Shown here piece after piece: positions 42,236-55,034 of a stretch of DNA of 64,000 nt. This DNA comes from Eledone cirrhosa (lineage: Eukaryota). The translations under genes and the position numbers were made by a program. Every line of letters starts with the position of its first letter. The first letter of the stretch is position 1. Location: contig OZ024745.1 in NCBI GenBank assembly GCA_964016885.1, positions 124,062,001 through 124,126,000 on the forward strand, in the 5' to 3' direction. The notes beneath the pieces were generated by a model that was not told the origin of the DNA, did not search any database, and saw only the letters and a program-made list of their open reading frames with translations.

Positions 42236-42590
42236 ATATAAGATCAAAAGATGGTTAAAGGAGTTCCATATATTTTATTATGCGCATTTCAAAAACAAAC
42301 ATCATCAAGCAATAATATTTGTGTTTTCATCAGATAAAACAGGAGAACATGATATGAAGGCTAAAAAAACACTTGTTGATAGTGCAGTTTTAAATCAGCA
42401 TATCTGATGAAAACACAAATATTATTGCTTGATGATGTTTGTTTTTGAAATGCGCATAATAAAATATATGGAACTCCTTTAACCATCTTTTGATCTTATA
42501 TTATGCATACTCCAGTCCCACAAACTGTAGAGTGCTTCTTATCCGATATCTGCATTGCTTTATTGTACTACAATAAAACTCACCTCCTAC
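42236..42590. mobile_element. Penelope-like pLTR or retrozyme unit H2 with a ~100-bp inverted duplication
   Basis: Arms 42236-42336 and 42401-42501 read as perfect reverse complements. Hammerhead on - at 42273-42339 and on + at 42401-42464 (stem I shortened). Flanked by (TA)n. Confidence 0.8.
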
Positions 42591-42626
<36 letters not shown>

Positions 42627-42712
42627 TTGTGTATATATTTATTATAAATTAAATTTATATATATGTGTGTATATATTTATTATAAATTAAATTTATATAT
42701 ATGTGTGTATAT

Positions 42713-43160
42713 ATTTATTATAAATTAAATTTATAAATTTAAGAATTTATAAATTTCCAGTTGGTTGGTTGGTTCCATAACCGGACGGTTGTTCATATAT
42801 TGTCAAAGTTCTTTCGTCACACATTCTGTGACCTCTTCAGTGACTGGGAATTCTTTTCTTTGTTGTTGTGCCTCTCCTTTCTTCTGTCCTACAAAAGAAT
42901 CCCCAGTCACTGAAGAGGTCACAGAATGTGTGACGAAAGAACTTTGACAATATATGAACAACCGTCCGGTTGTGGAACCAACCAACCGGAAATTTATAAA
43001 TTCTTAAATTTATAAATTTAATTTATAATAAATTGGAGTGAAAGCAACTGGTGCGTGTGTTTCTTATTGGCAACATGACCCTCCCAAAGCATAACAATAT
43101 CGGTTTCAACACACGTTTTCAGATAAAGAATCTTGCTAAACAAATTCAGAAACGAAATAT
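42713..43160. mobile_element. Penelope-like pLTR or retrozyme unit H3 with a ~140-bp inverted duplication
   Basis: Arms ~42713-42857 and ~42893-43033. Hammerhead-like motif at 42802-42844 (-) and 42906-42948 (+). Homologous to 58200-58458. Confidence 0.75.
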
Positions 43161-43269
43161 ATACATATATATATATATATATCGATAGTCGATAGACTTT
43201 TGTCAAATCGGAAACAGTGTTTTTATTGGTCTTTCCAATTGCTAATACTATCTATTGGTCACAACTCCT

Positions 43270-43385
43270 GGTAGAAGGAGCAAAATGAAATAAAGTGTCT
43301 TGCTCAAGGACATAACGCATCACCCGGTCTGGGAATCAAACTCACAACCTCACAATCGCGAATCTCAAGCCACATGCCTTCACTG
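43270..43385 (-). mobile_element. CORE-type SINE head fragment
   Basis: Reverse complement contains GTTTGATTCCCAGACCGG...CCTTGAGCAAGACACTTTATTTC. Confidence 0.7.
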
Positions 43386-44555
43386 TATATATATATATAT
43401 ATATACACACTCACATTTACATATATGATATATATATACTCTCAACTTCCACACTATTGGGTGATTGCTCTTTTACTCACCTGTACATTTATATATATAT
43501 CTATGATTATCTTTGTATAGAAATATATATAGCTATATATAGATTTATAGCTATATATAGATATATAGATATATAGATATATAGAGAGTATGATTGAATA
43601 GTTTTAGAACTCCTGAAGGGTCTTTCAACTTATTTTGCTTACTACTCTTCATAATGTGTAGCACCCGACAAGAATAATTTTAGTGACATCAGGATAGGAA
43701 ATAGAATTATTTACGCTTACCAATTTTCCATGTAAATTGTTAGACCAAACACAGCAAAATATATGCCATAGGGTTGTATGTATGCAAGATTAGTTCAGAC
43801 ATCTGAGTAATCAGGTTGAAACCAAAGGATGCTTGATACGCATTTTCTTTACAACATACAGTATATATGTGATGTAAAGTATATTTGCAGAGTAAATTAA
43901 AAGTTTATGTTTACCTTGGTGTATACCACAAATATCATATATTGTCTTTATCCTGGTTTCATCATTCCAAATGTTAATGACCCCCCAGATATTAAAACAA
44001 TTATAAATACTCTTGTTTTACTTTCATCTTAAGAAGTTAGAGTTAGATATTGCAATAGTTAATAAACAGAAATTCAAAACTTATAAGAAATGTATAAATT
44101 CAATCTGTGAAGGTGAACATGGCAGTTCAAAACCTTGAGTTCAAACCTATCATCATGTGGATATATGTGTAGAATTGGAAAGATAAATGTTACTTAAAAT
44201 GTAGAATATTCTTTTATTGGATGTTCCTATTTAGTTGTTGTTCTGTAAATTATGAATACTATCCTTATGCCATAACCCGTCTAAGAAAAAGCCATATATA
44301 AGAGACTCAGAAATTTGTAGTAGCTCTAAAGAAAATCAAAGCTCTTCATCTCTATATTTCTTTCTAGAATAGATAAATAGAAAATATGTGTTAGGTTTGA
44401 TACTTTTCATTGACATCCAGCCTTGTAGCATCTCTAATGTTATCAATCAGCCTTTCTCTCTCTCTCTCTTTCTGTCTTTCTCTCTCTCTCTTTCTATCTC
44501 TCTCTATCTCTCTCTCTATTTACTACCTCTCCAACATTATCTATTGACATCAAAG

Positions 44556-44744
44556 CGGTGGGTTGACAGTATTGGTAGAGAGTCGGATGCCATGCTTTAC
44601 AGCATAGAGTTACGGCTTTTACAGTCTGAGTTCAAATCCCACCGAGGTTAACTTTCCTTTTCATCTTTTCGAGGTTGATAAAATAAAATACCAGTAATAC
44701 ACTGGGATAATTGCTGGCCTTGTGCCAAAAGTAGAAACAATTAT
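44556..44744 (+). mobile_element. SINE S1 with TATTGACATC TSD
   Basis: B box, S1 body, and a 10-bp direct repeat on both flanks. Confidence 0.88.
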
Positions 44745-44912
44745 TTATTGACATCGATCATTCTTCTCATTGTTCTCTTCAATATTTCATCCTATCACTC
44801 TTTGTTGACATACATCTCCCAGTTCCATTACTCTTCCATTCAATCATTTCTCTGTTTTCCTTCATCATGTTGCTGTGTATTACTGTCACTCCTCTCAATC
44901 ATATCTACTTTA

Positions 44913-45270
44913 AATCATCATCATCATCATCATCATCGCTTAACGTCCATTTTACATGCTTGCATGGGTTAGATGGTTTGCCACATAATTTGACAAGTCA
45001 GGTTTAGAGACCACAACTTGCTCCTGTGGATCTGATTTTGGTTTGGTTTCTACAGCTGGATGCCCTTCCTAATATTAAACATGTTATAGTTTGGACTGGG
45101 TGCTTTTTATTGTGGCACCGAAATGTAGACCTTACAGAGTGAACTGGGCACTTTTTCTTGTGTCACCATTACAACCACTTTACAGTATTGACTGGGTGCT
45201 TTTTCTTGAGTCACCAGCACAAGCACCTTACAGTGTGAACTGGTGTTTTTTCTTGTGTCACCTTCACATG
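44913..45270 (-). mobile_element. RTE 3' UTR fragment with ~40-bp internal repeats
   Basis: (CAT)n tail, CATGCTTGCATGGGTT stem, GGATGCCCTTCCTAA motif. Confidence 0.75.
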
Positions 45271-46067
45271 AAGATAACTTGGAGTTGAAAGGACTCATTA
45301 TCCCTGTCATGGACATTATAATATTTCTAGGGATGATGCCACAAAAAACCACCCAAAACATCCAGCATGCTCTACTAAATTATTAGAGTGAGGTGGGCCA
45401 ACGAAACGTAGAAACTATGTGCAAATGGAATGTAAAAGTAAGAAGTGTCTCTCTGATCTATCTTGGAGAGAAGTAACTCTGTATAAAAATTGACTTTAAC
45501 TGTGACAACCCATCTAACCCATGCAAATATAGAAAACAAACTTAAAATGATAATGATGATGAATTTAACAATATGGGTAAGGAAAATGTTTCAGTAGGGA
45601 GCATTCTACATAATATATACACATATAGTAAGGTTTCACATATGCAAAATATTTGATTAATTGTGATTATCTATACAAATTATAGACAGAAACATTCTTA
45701 AGGAATGAGTAAAATCTAAAAGGAATAAGCATAGAAGATATCACCTATGAAACCAAAGAATATTGCAGATGTGAGTGGATGTGATCACTTCTAAATTTTG
45801 CCAACTAAGATGTCAAATAAGACTAAACCGGTGTGTTGCTTTTACCAGGTAGCTTTAAAGAGAAGTTTCAATTCCGTCTACATTGTCTTTATTTTCCAAA
45901 AAAAATTTGTTAGTTGACCTTATTGAAATTATATTTCTTGCTTTTACATATTGTTGATGTGTAAACCAAAGTCTTTCTCAAAATATCTTCTTTATATGCA
46001 TGTCCTACGTCTTACATTATATGTTTTGGAAGATTTATGCAATTCTACATGCTCAAAAGATGTTTGA

Positions 46068-46290
46068 CTGACTACTTTGGTACTCATTATATGTTCTTAT
46101 AGCTTGTAAAATGTTGTTTTTTTTTCTGTGATATACAATTAAAAATGACTACTTTGGTACTCATTATGTGTTCTTGTAGCTTGTAAAATGTTTGTTTTTT
46201 TCTGTGATATACAATTAAAAATGACTACTTTGGTATCCATTATGTGTTCTTGTAGCTTGTAAAATGTTTTTTTTTTCTGTGATATACAAT
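46068..46290. repeat. ~76-bp tandem repeat x3
   Basis: TGACTACTTTGGTACTCATTAT...CTGTGATATACAATT. Confidence 0.9.
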
Positions 46291-46786
46291 TGATATTTCA
46301 TAGTCCCATCTATATATGGCCCTGCAACCTTCCATGTTATTTATGAAGAGAGTAGACACTTGCAAAAATTCTGGTATCCCAAAACAGTACCAGGCTTCCA
46401 TTGCATAGTACTAAGTCATTAATATCAATCTAATTACCTTTCACAACCTGGAATATAGAAAAATAACCATCAGCCTCATATTTAATCCCAGCATACATTT
46501 ACCTTCCATGGTGACTCCATGAACCAACCCATCTCAATCTGTACGATCTTCAACACCATTCTAAATATAATGAACATTAACTCAGTAAATACCATGTAGT
46601 TACTGTATGCCATGCTCTGCTCAAACTTTCATGCAGATATACCATTGGTATTGTAACTACCGCTGAGAGATTCACTTTACCAAATATATGTGTTTATTTC
46701 AGCGGAAAACATGTACATCGAGGGCCATACAGATGTGTGTTATATGAATGAACAATATTCATAAGTAACTATTATTATGTGTGACT

Positions 46787-46930
46787 GTGCATAGAGTTAC
46801 GTCCCTTTACGGTCTGAGTTCAAATCCCGCCGAGGTTAACTTTGCCTTTCACCCTTACGGGGTCGATAAAATAAAGTACCAGTAATACACTGGGTAATTG
46901 CTGGCCTTGTGCCAAAAGTAGAAACAATTA
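46787..46930 (+). mobile_element. 5'-truncated SINE S1 with ATTATGTGTGA TSD
   Basis: S1 homology and a direct repeat on both flanks. Confidence 0.88.
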
Positions 46931-47530
46931 TGTGTGAGTGTGTGTGTGTGTGTGTGTGTCAGTTACTATTCATTTGGGGCTATTAATGTATTGCTGATGT
47001 CTGTGTGTGTGTGTGTGTGTGTCTACAGTGTGTGGGGATGTAGTGTGTATGTGTATATATATAAATATGTACATATGTGTGTGTATCTTCATGTGTATTT
47101 GTGAATCCATGTGTTTGAGCATGTGTGTATGCTTTACATATAATTATATAATTAATTCTAGCTATGTACATTTTATGAAGCTTAAGGGGAACAACTCATT
47201 TTAAATGAAATATGTATATGTCAATAATAATTATACTATTTAACCCATGCTAGCGTGGAAAACGGACGTTAAACAAAGGTGATGATGATGATGATGATAG
47301 TTAAGTGCGGGTTTCTTTCCACCAAATTGAGATAACAGCAACTTATTTCTTGTCTATATGTATTTAACTAACAGGAAGATGGTGTAATGAGCAGCGAAAT
47401 TGAAAGTATTGGTGTGAAGAGCCATTATGGAAAAACTTCACACACACGCCCCCCCCCCATGTATATATGATCAATATGCATAAATATGTATTCATAATAT
47501 ATGTATGTGTGCATATATATATGTGTGTTA

Positions 47531-47579
<49 letters not shown>

Positions 47580-48201
47580 ATGTGTGTGTGTGTGTTTGTG
47601 TGTGTGTTTGTGCGTGTATGTGTACTTGTGTGTGTGTGTATGTGTACTTGTGTGTGTGTGTAAGCATGGAAAAATGGATGTTAAACAGTGATGATGATGA
47701 TAATGTTGATGAATATACAAAATTTGGTAATTCAATACCTTATACAAAACCTAATGTAAAACACACTATCTTTAAGTTAGCATGTTCACACTAGTACTTT
47801 TACTTTCCTTTTATGATTTTTTTTGTAATATTTGCTTCTTGAGGTTTTTGTTTGATATCATTTGTTTGTAAATAAAATACAATTCTCAAATATCATTTAA
47901 AAATAAGAATTATGTTTTAGACTTACCAATCAACATTATCCTACATGACTTAACATTTTTAATTGACTTATTAGATTCTTTAATATGCTATGGTCATATT
48001 ACACTAATGCTTCGAATTATGTGGTTTCATCTATTCACACTACAAGCAGGCAGTGTTGTTTTTGTTGCCTTTATAGGCGTGTTTTATGGTTATACTTTTA
48101 CTGTAGTTTCATGGTTTTAGAGTCACTACTTATTATTGCTGCGTAAAAATAATAGAAAAGACTATTTTGTTTCCAGTGTCTTTTTGTTGTGTTATGTATT
48201 A

Positions 48202-48647
48202 CTAGCAGTAGTACCCGGCGTTGCACGGGATAAGGTATTTTGGAACGCGGGCCGCCAACAGACCTAATCGTGGAAAAACTGCATGTGTGAACAATATGTA
48301 AAGAAAATAAACCGAATACTCTGATGGCTGGATAATCTTTAAGATTTTCCTCGATGAAGCAGGAAAAATGCAGGTTTTCACCTAATGCCGGCCCTAAGGA
48401 TCAAAAAAGTAAATTTTTTTTATGTGCATAATATGCTTTGAAATTTCGGGAAAATCGGCGAGACGTAACGCCTCCAAAAAGCCCTAAAAAGCTTAAAAAA
48501 TGCAGTTTTTCACCTAATTTCACCCAGGAGATCAAAATGTTGAATTATTTTATGTGCATAACACTCCCTAAAACATTAGTAATACACATGTAAAGTTTGA
48601 AAAAAAACGGTTGGGTACTTCTCGAGTTTTAGGGACACAGACAGGCA

Positions 48648-48683
<36 letters not shown>

Positions 48684-49062
48684 TCCTTAGGGAAGTGACG
48701 TAATGCAGACAGTCAGACATACAGACAGATATTATAAGGGCGCGTTTTGGACGCAGAGCGAATTGTAGGAAGTGACGTAATGCAGACAGCCAGACATACA
48801 GACAGATATTATAAGGGCGCGACGTTATATGTATGTATCTATCTAAAAAGAGAAAGACTAAGAATTATAGAGAGAGATCGCTAAATCGCCTAATGCGGTC
48901 CCTAGGGCATTGAAATTTTGAAATTGGTTTTGCTCAGAACACTCCCTGAAACATAAGTATTACATGTGTAAAGTTTGAAAACAGTCGGTTGGGTAGTTCT
49001 CTAGTTTTAGGGATTCAAACTCACACACACACAGACAGACATCCTCAGTTTTATATATATAG
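48202..49062 (-). mobile_element. Non-autonomous Helitron-like element
   Basis: On - strand starts CTATATATATAAAA with a (CTGT)/(GT)n tract and ends in the hairpin CCCGTGCAACGCCGGG followed by CTAG; internal duplicated blocks. Confidence 0.75.
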
Positions 49063-49239
49063 GTTATAGTCATTATTCTCCGGCGTTTTAGCTCCAATAT
49101 AATGGTATTTAGTACTTGCGAACCTATACCAATACTTTGTTTGAAAAGGAAAAGGTAATTAAAGAAAATGAGGGAAAAAAACAAAACAGTTTTCGATCTG
49201 TTACTCATGCTATAATATAGAGCTCTTACACACTCTGCT

Positions 49240-49900
49240 AATTTAAGTCATCTAGGTAACAGAAGCTAAGATCTACTTTCAGGGATCTTCAGAGCATTTG
49301 AATGAATTCATTTCATGAGTTATTTTACTGCTAACTATTTCTGAGCATCTGTTACATTTGAAGACTATATCATCTATAAGCCTGCCTGTAATTCCACTAC
49401 ACCTCGTAATTCTATCTTTATTCCTGCTAATTTGAGTAGACTTGATTCTTGGCTTTGTTTCAATGTTTGGGATTTCTTCTCTGTGACAAATTTGGCTATG
49501 AGAATGAAGCAATTGGAAACAAGAGCTCCAATGCACAGGCAGGGTTAAACTTCTCTGTTATGTCCTGGTAGACAATAATAGACAGGAAGATGTTGAAGGG
49601 TAATTATTTGCTAGCTAAATTCCTTGCTAAAATCATTTGCAGTCGTCACCTTGCTAAGAACATCTCTGTGCATAACTTGCACAGCTCACACAGACATTCC
49701 AGCTGTACAAAGTTATCATAGGGACCACCAGACTACAGAGCCCTCTTGTACACAGCTAAAAATATTCTTTGGGCTAGAGAATGCTTGGTACAATGGTTTA
49801 CACAGCAGCTAAGAAGTTTTCCTGCAGTTGTATCATTTAGAAGATGTTGATGGTAATCAAGCCGTATGTTACTTAAGCAAAACCTAATTATAATTTAGCA
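49240..49900 (-). mobile_element. Old RTE RT fragment including a PHD-like finger remnant
   Basis: RCSGITGRL...FKCNRC...SFCYL is homologous to the finger region of 31104-31955. Confidence 0.75.
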
Positions 49901-50964
49901 GTGCTATAACTATTTCTTATACATTCGTAACCTGGTCCAGTGAACTGATGCTTCTAATTGTTTCATTGATGAGCTGATGAGCCTTCTCTGATATATATAT
50001 ATATACATACAGAGAGAGAGAGAGTTTTATGTCTAGAAATAAAAATTTCTACTATTTCAGTAGATACAATAGAGTTTAATTATTTGTGTAAAGTCAGTCA
50101 TTCTCTCCATAATTATTCTGTTTCATGTGAAAAACATCAGTTCATGAGGTCAGTGATTTAATGTTTGATGTCAAAATGGTGTATAAAATTCTTATTGGCT
50201 CTCATTGGCTAATAGAGGTCATGTGGTGTGTCTCATTGATATTGGTGGAATTCAATTGGAGATGATTAATACTTATTGTTTATGGTTCAATTTTCTAATA
50301 GTTATGGATAGTTCACTTTGGTTCAATACAACAACTAACCTATTTTTGATTACAACTAACCTATTTATAATCAAAAATATTTTAGTAAAAATTTGACTGT
50401 GTTTGCAATTGTTAAAAATTCTGTCACTTTCATCCAGTCACCCTTGTTTTTAGGATGTGAAATATCACCATTAAACAGAATATGGGTTATTTTAACCCAT
50501 ATTGTGTTTAATGGATACAAGAGTTCCAATGCACAGCCAGGGTTAAACTTTGCATACATACACTCACCCACATACACACTCACTCAAATAAACACACACA
50601 TGTACTCACATACACTCACACACTCACTCAGACACAGACATTCACATACACATATATAGAAGAAGATACAGAGAGAGAGAGAGATGAATATATGGGAGTC
50701 CAATATTTAGTGTGATACAAGATATAGAGCTATATTCAACTTCACTATCCTTCAATTTCCAAATGTACTCTGAGTGGTATGTGGTGTGATTCTATCTTGA
50801 TATATTTGCTGGTTGAATTTACCCTTAAATGTGTGTTCTGTGGATTTTGTATAATTTCTCTGGATAGCACTGTCTCGTGTTATAGTGGCTTTATATATCA
50901 CTATATTATAAAGGTATGACCCATTTAGTAGGTAATTCAGATAGATCTACAATTATATGATCAT

Positions 50965-51240
50965 AAGTACAACACCCTTACCACTAGGCTACATGCCTCC
51001 ATTAAGATCATAATGTCGTAGGTTCGATTCCTGGGTTGCCTGTTGTGTTCTTGAGAAAAACACTTCATTTCATGTTGCTCCAGTATACTCAGCTGAAAAT
51101 GAGTACCAGCATTAGCTGGGGGTTTAACCCTGCAATGGACTGACGTCCTGTCCACGGGGGAAGTCTTGTACTCTCAGTAGCTTCATGCCATGAAACCGAG
51201 ATAAGCACCAGCCAAATGAGCCTTCTGGCTTAAGACAGAC
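50965..51240 (+). mobile_element. CORE-type tRNA SINE with a different 3' tail
   Basis: GGTTCGATTCC B box, CORE-like segment, CTCAGCTGAAAATGAGTACC. Confidence 0.7.
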
Positions 51241-51274
51241 TTTAGAATTAGACTACAATTATAAGCCTATGTGT

Positions 51275-51635
51275 GATGTCAATGTGTGTGAATGACCAAG
51301 CATGGATGAGTTTAGAGAGAAACTGTATAAGAGGAATAAACTGTAGTGTGCTGGAGAGAAGACTGCGTTGGTATGGCCTTGTGATGTGCATGGATGATGA
51401 TCGCTGGGTGAAGAAGTGCCAGGAAATCCCAGTGGAAGAAATACGCAGTAGAGGAAGACCACAGAAAACATGGGCGGAGGTGGTGAGAGCTGACCTCATA
51501 TCGCTAAAACTCATAGAAGAGATGACGAAGGACAGTGACAAATGGAGAGATGCTGTGCTGAAGTGGACCCATCCCACCCTTGCAAGCGAAGAAAAGTGGA
51601 CGTAAAATGATGATGATGATGATGATGATAATGAT
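51275..51635 (+). mobile_element. RTE LINE 3' fragment, subfamily B
   Basis: ERRLRWYGLVMCMDDDRWVKKC..RGRPQKTW followed by (GAT)n. Confidence 0.9.
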
Positions 51636-52112
51636 GTTGCGGTAAGGGTTTGAGTTAAGGTTAGGTTGGTTTCGTGTTTTTTGTTGGGTCATGTAACCCA
51701 TGAGGTGATGTTGTCTAAGCAGGAAATATTGGTTTTTGGAATTGTTTCATTTGAAAAAATGTGAAATTTATGTGAGAGGAAAATGTTTGTCTAATAATGA
51801 CAGGAAGTTTCTTGCTCTGTTAGTTTTGATGGATTGAATGATAGAATATTCCTTTTTCTGTTCATGCTATTTTGTTAGAGATACTCATTATAAATGATTT
51901 ATTAGCTAATAATGCTTTTTACTTGTGCAGCATTGTAATGATGGCATGGATGAATATATCCCTTTTAGAAGATTGATTGAATATTCTCCTACTTATTCCA
52001 TTTACTAATTTTATTATAATGATTAGGGTTTGGGTATTGTGTGCTTGTCAGATCTAAAATGGTATGTACGAACTTAATGCTTAAGCAGTGAGTTTCAGGT
52101 CATTTTCCTTAA

Positions 52113-52422
52113 CCTATTGACTGCCATGTATATTTTACACAGTTACAGTTGCTGTGCTGGTTTGTTTTTTTTCAGTAAAATGACTATTATTTTAAAAGAA
52201 ACATTTATTAACAACACATATCTGAATGATTGACAAACATCACATCAATAACTAGTAACCCCATCTAGCTTTGAAGTTGTGAACTGTTGGAAAAGAGTTC
52301 ATAACTTTGAAGTTATCAACTCTTGGAAAATAATTCAAACATATTAGGACGAGTTATCTCGTCCGTAGCACTGGAATGCATACATGTTAGGACAAGTTAT
52401 AACATCTACGGCACTGAAGAGG
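52113..52422. mobile_element. piggyBac-like MITE pB-B, uninterrupted
   Basis: TTAA-CCTATTGACTGCC...GGCACTGAAGAGG-TTAC. Confidence 0.7.
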
Positions 52423-53933
52423 TTACATATGCCTCAAGTTCTTTATCTATGCAGTATAAGGTAACACTGTAGGCCAACATCTCTATATAAACTGTTTATG
52501 TGGGGCCTTGTATGCTTGTTTATATTATCTAGAATTATGCAATCAATTAATTCAGTGAACTTTGCGCTACCTGAAATTTCATTTGAGACCTCACATTTTG
52601 AGCTATTATATTTTTTGATGCAGCAGGAGTCGTATTTGATAACATACATGAAATGTTGTGTGGCTATAGAGAGAATCAACTTTGCATACATACACACATA
52701 CACATACTCACTCAGACACCTACTCACATGCACACACACACACACTAACACACAACACTCATGCACATACACTTATGCACACACACACACTCACACACTC
52801 ACTCACATACACACGTTTACACATACATATGGAAAGAAGAAGATGCAAAAAGAGGTCGTATTTGTGATAACATACAGGAAATGCTGTGTGGCTATAGAGA
52901 GAATCAACTTTGCATACATACACGCATACACATACTCACTCAAATGTTCACACACACTCTCACTCTCACACACACACACACACTCACTCAGATACACACA
53001 CTCAAATACACACACCAACTCACACACTCACTCAAATACACACACTCAAATACACACACTCACTCACACACATACACACAAACAAACACACACACTCACA
53101 CACTCACTCAAATACACACACTCAAATACACACACACACTCACACACACTCACAAACACACACACACACACACACACACACTCACTCAAATACACACACT
53201 AACACACACTCATGCACAAACACTCATATACACTCACTCACACAGATATTTACACACACCTATTGTAAGAAGTTACAGAGAGAGAGAGAGAGAGAGAGAA
53301 CAAGAGAGAGAAAGAGAGAGGGGTAGAGAGAGTGAGTGAGAGAGTGTGGTTAAAGAAAGAGAGCATTGACAGAAAAATGATGTGAGGGGGAGTGAGAAAA
53401 AAGAGAGTGAGTAAAAGAAAATGAGAGAGATAGAGAGTGAGAGAGCAGTAGGTTAGAGAGAAGAGTGAGAATGAGGGAGAAGGAAGAGAGGAGAGAGGAT
53501 GTGGTAAGAGATAATGAATGAGGGGAGGTTAGTGAGAAGGAAGAGGTGAGATGAAGCAAGAGTTGGTGATGGTGAGAGAGAGAGAGAGAGTAAAAAGAAA
53601 GAATAAGACAGTAAGTTAAGGAAGGAGGAGGATAAAGAATAAAAGATTGAAAGTGAGGAGATAAGAGAGAGAAAGAGATAGAGAGAGAGGGAGAGGGAGA
53701 GAGAGAGAACAGGTGAGAAGCAATGAGGGTGTGAAAATTAAAGAGAGTAGAAAGAGACTGAATGAGGGCAGAGATCTGGGAGGAGGTGAGACAAATTTTA
53801 GAGAGGGTAGAAGAGGAGAGAGAGAGAGAGACAGTTGAGAGAGAGAGAGGGGGGGGGATTAGTAAGAATGAGAGTGAGGATGTGAAAGTTTTCGAATGAA
53901 TAGAAGGGGAGAGAGAGAAGGAAAGAGAGAAAT

Positions 53934-54114
53934 AATTGTTTCTACTTTTGGCACAAGGCCAACAATTACCCAGTGCATTACTGGTACTTTATTTTAACTA
54001 CCCCGTAAGGATTAAAGGCAAAGTTAACCTTGGTGGGATTTGAACTCAGACCGTAAAGGGACGTAACTATGCTGGAAAGCATGGCGTCCGAACTTCTACT
54101 GATACTGCAAATCC
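53934..54114 (-). mobile_element. SINE S1
   Basis: S1 homology. Confidence 0.88.
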
Positions 54115-54150
54115 TTGAATATATGATGGTGATATATATATATATGTATG

Positions 54151-54178
<28 letters not shown>

Positions 54179-54181
<3 letters not shown>

Positions 54182-54446
54182 TTAGTTATGTAATAAACAA
54201 CATAAGATAATTATTTCATTTACCAGTGGTTTCTTGAAGACAGATGTTGTGTCTGTCTTCAGTCGTCAGAATTTAATAATGTTATTTATTCATTCTGACG
54301 ACTGAAGACAGACACAATATCTGTCTTCAAGAAACCACTGGTAAATGAAATAATTATCTTATGTTGTTTATTACATAACTAATAAGCTCTGTAGCCTACA
54401 TAGAGCACTCCCTTTTCCTGTACCTTTCCGACGGAAATACTTCATT

Positions 54447-54447
<1 letters not shown>
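54179..54447. mobile_element. Penelope-like pLTR or retrozyme unit H4 with a ~93-bp inverted duplication
   Basis: Arms 54179-54272 and 54292-54383 with one mismatch; between (TA)n tracts. Confidence 0.8.
54289..54349 (+). ncRNA. Type I hammerhead ribozyme motif (family H4)
   Basis: Stem I TTCATT/AATGAA; CTGACGA; stem II TGAAGACAGA/TCTGTCTTCA; GAAA; CCACTGG; TA. Confidence 0.8.
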
Positions 54448-54478
<31 letters not shown>

Positions 54479-54493
54479 TATATAAATATATAC

Positions 54494-54554
<61 letters not shown>

Positions 54555-54556
54555 CA

Positions 54557-54722
<166 letters not shown>

Positions 54723-55034
54723 ATATATATATGTGTATGTAAGTAACTGATGAACTGCCTGTAACTTTAGTTATACATATATATCTATACACACACATAT
54801 ATATATAGATATACATATATATATATATACATATATATGTATTTATATATATATATATATATACATACATACATATATATCCATATATATATAAGGAAAG
54901 AGAGGAGAGGTGGGGCTGGGGTTGGGAATAATCATGAGTTGCTGAGAATGCAGAAATGTAAAGTAGATATAAGAGTGAGTGAAGTATATGAGGTGGGGGG
55001 AGAGAAATAAGAGGAGGGTGAGAGAATGAGGGTG

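Noticed and set aside
49965-49990. Isolated CTGATGA boxes (also ~8015 and ~54747)
   Set aside because: No stem II-GAAA-stem III arrangement follows.
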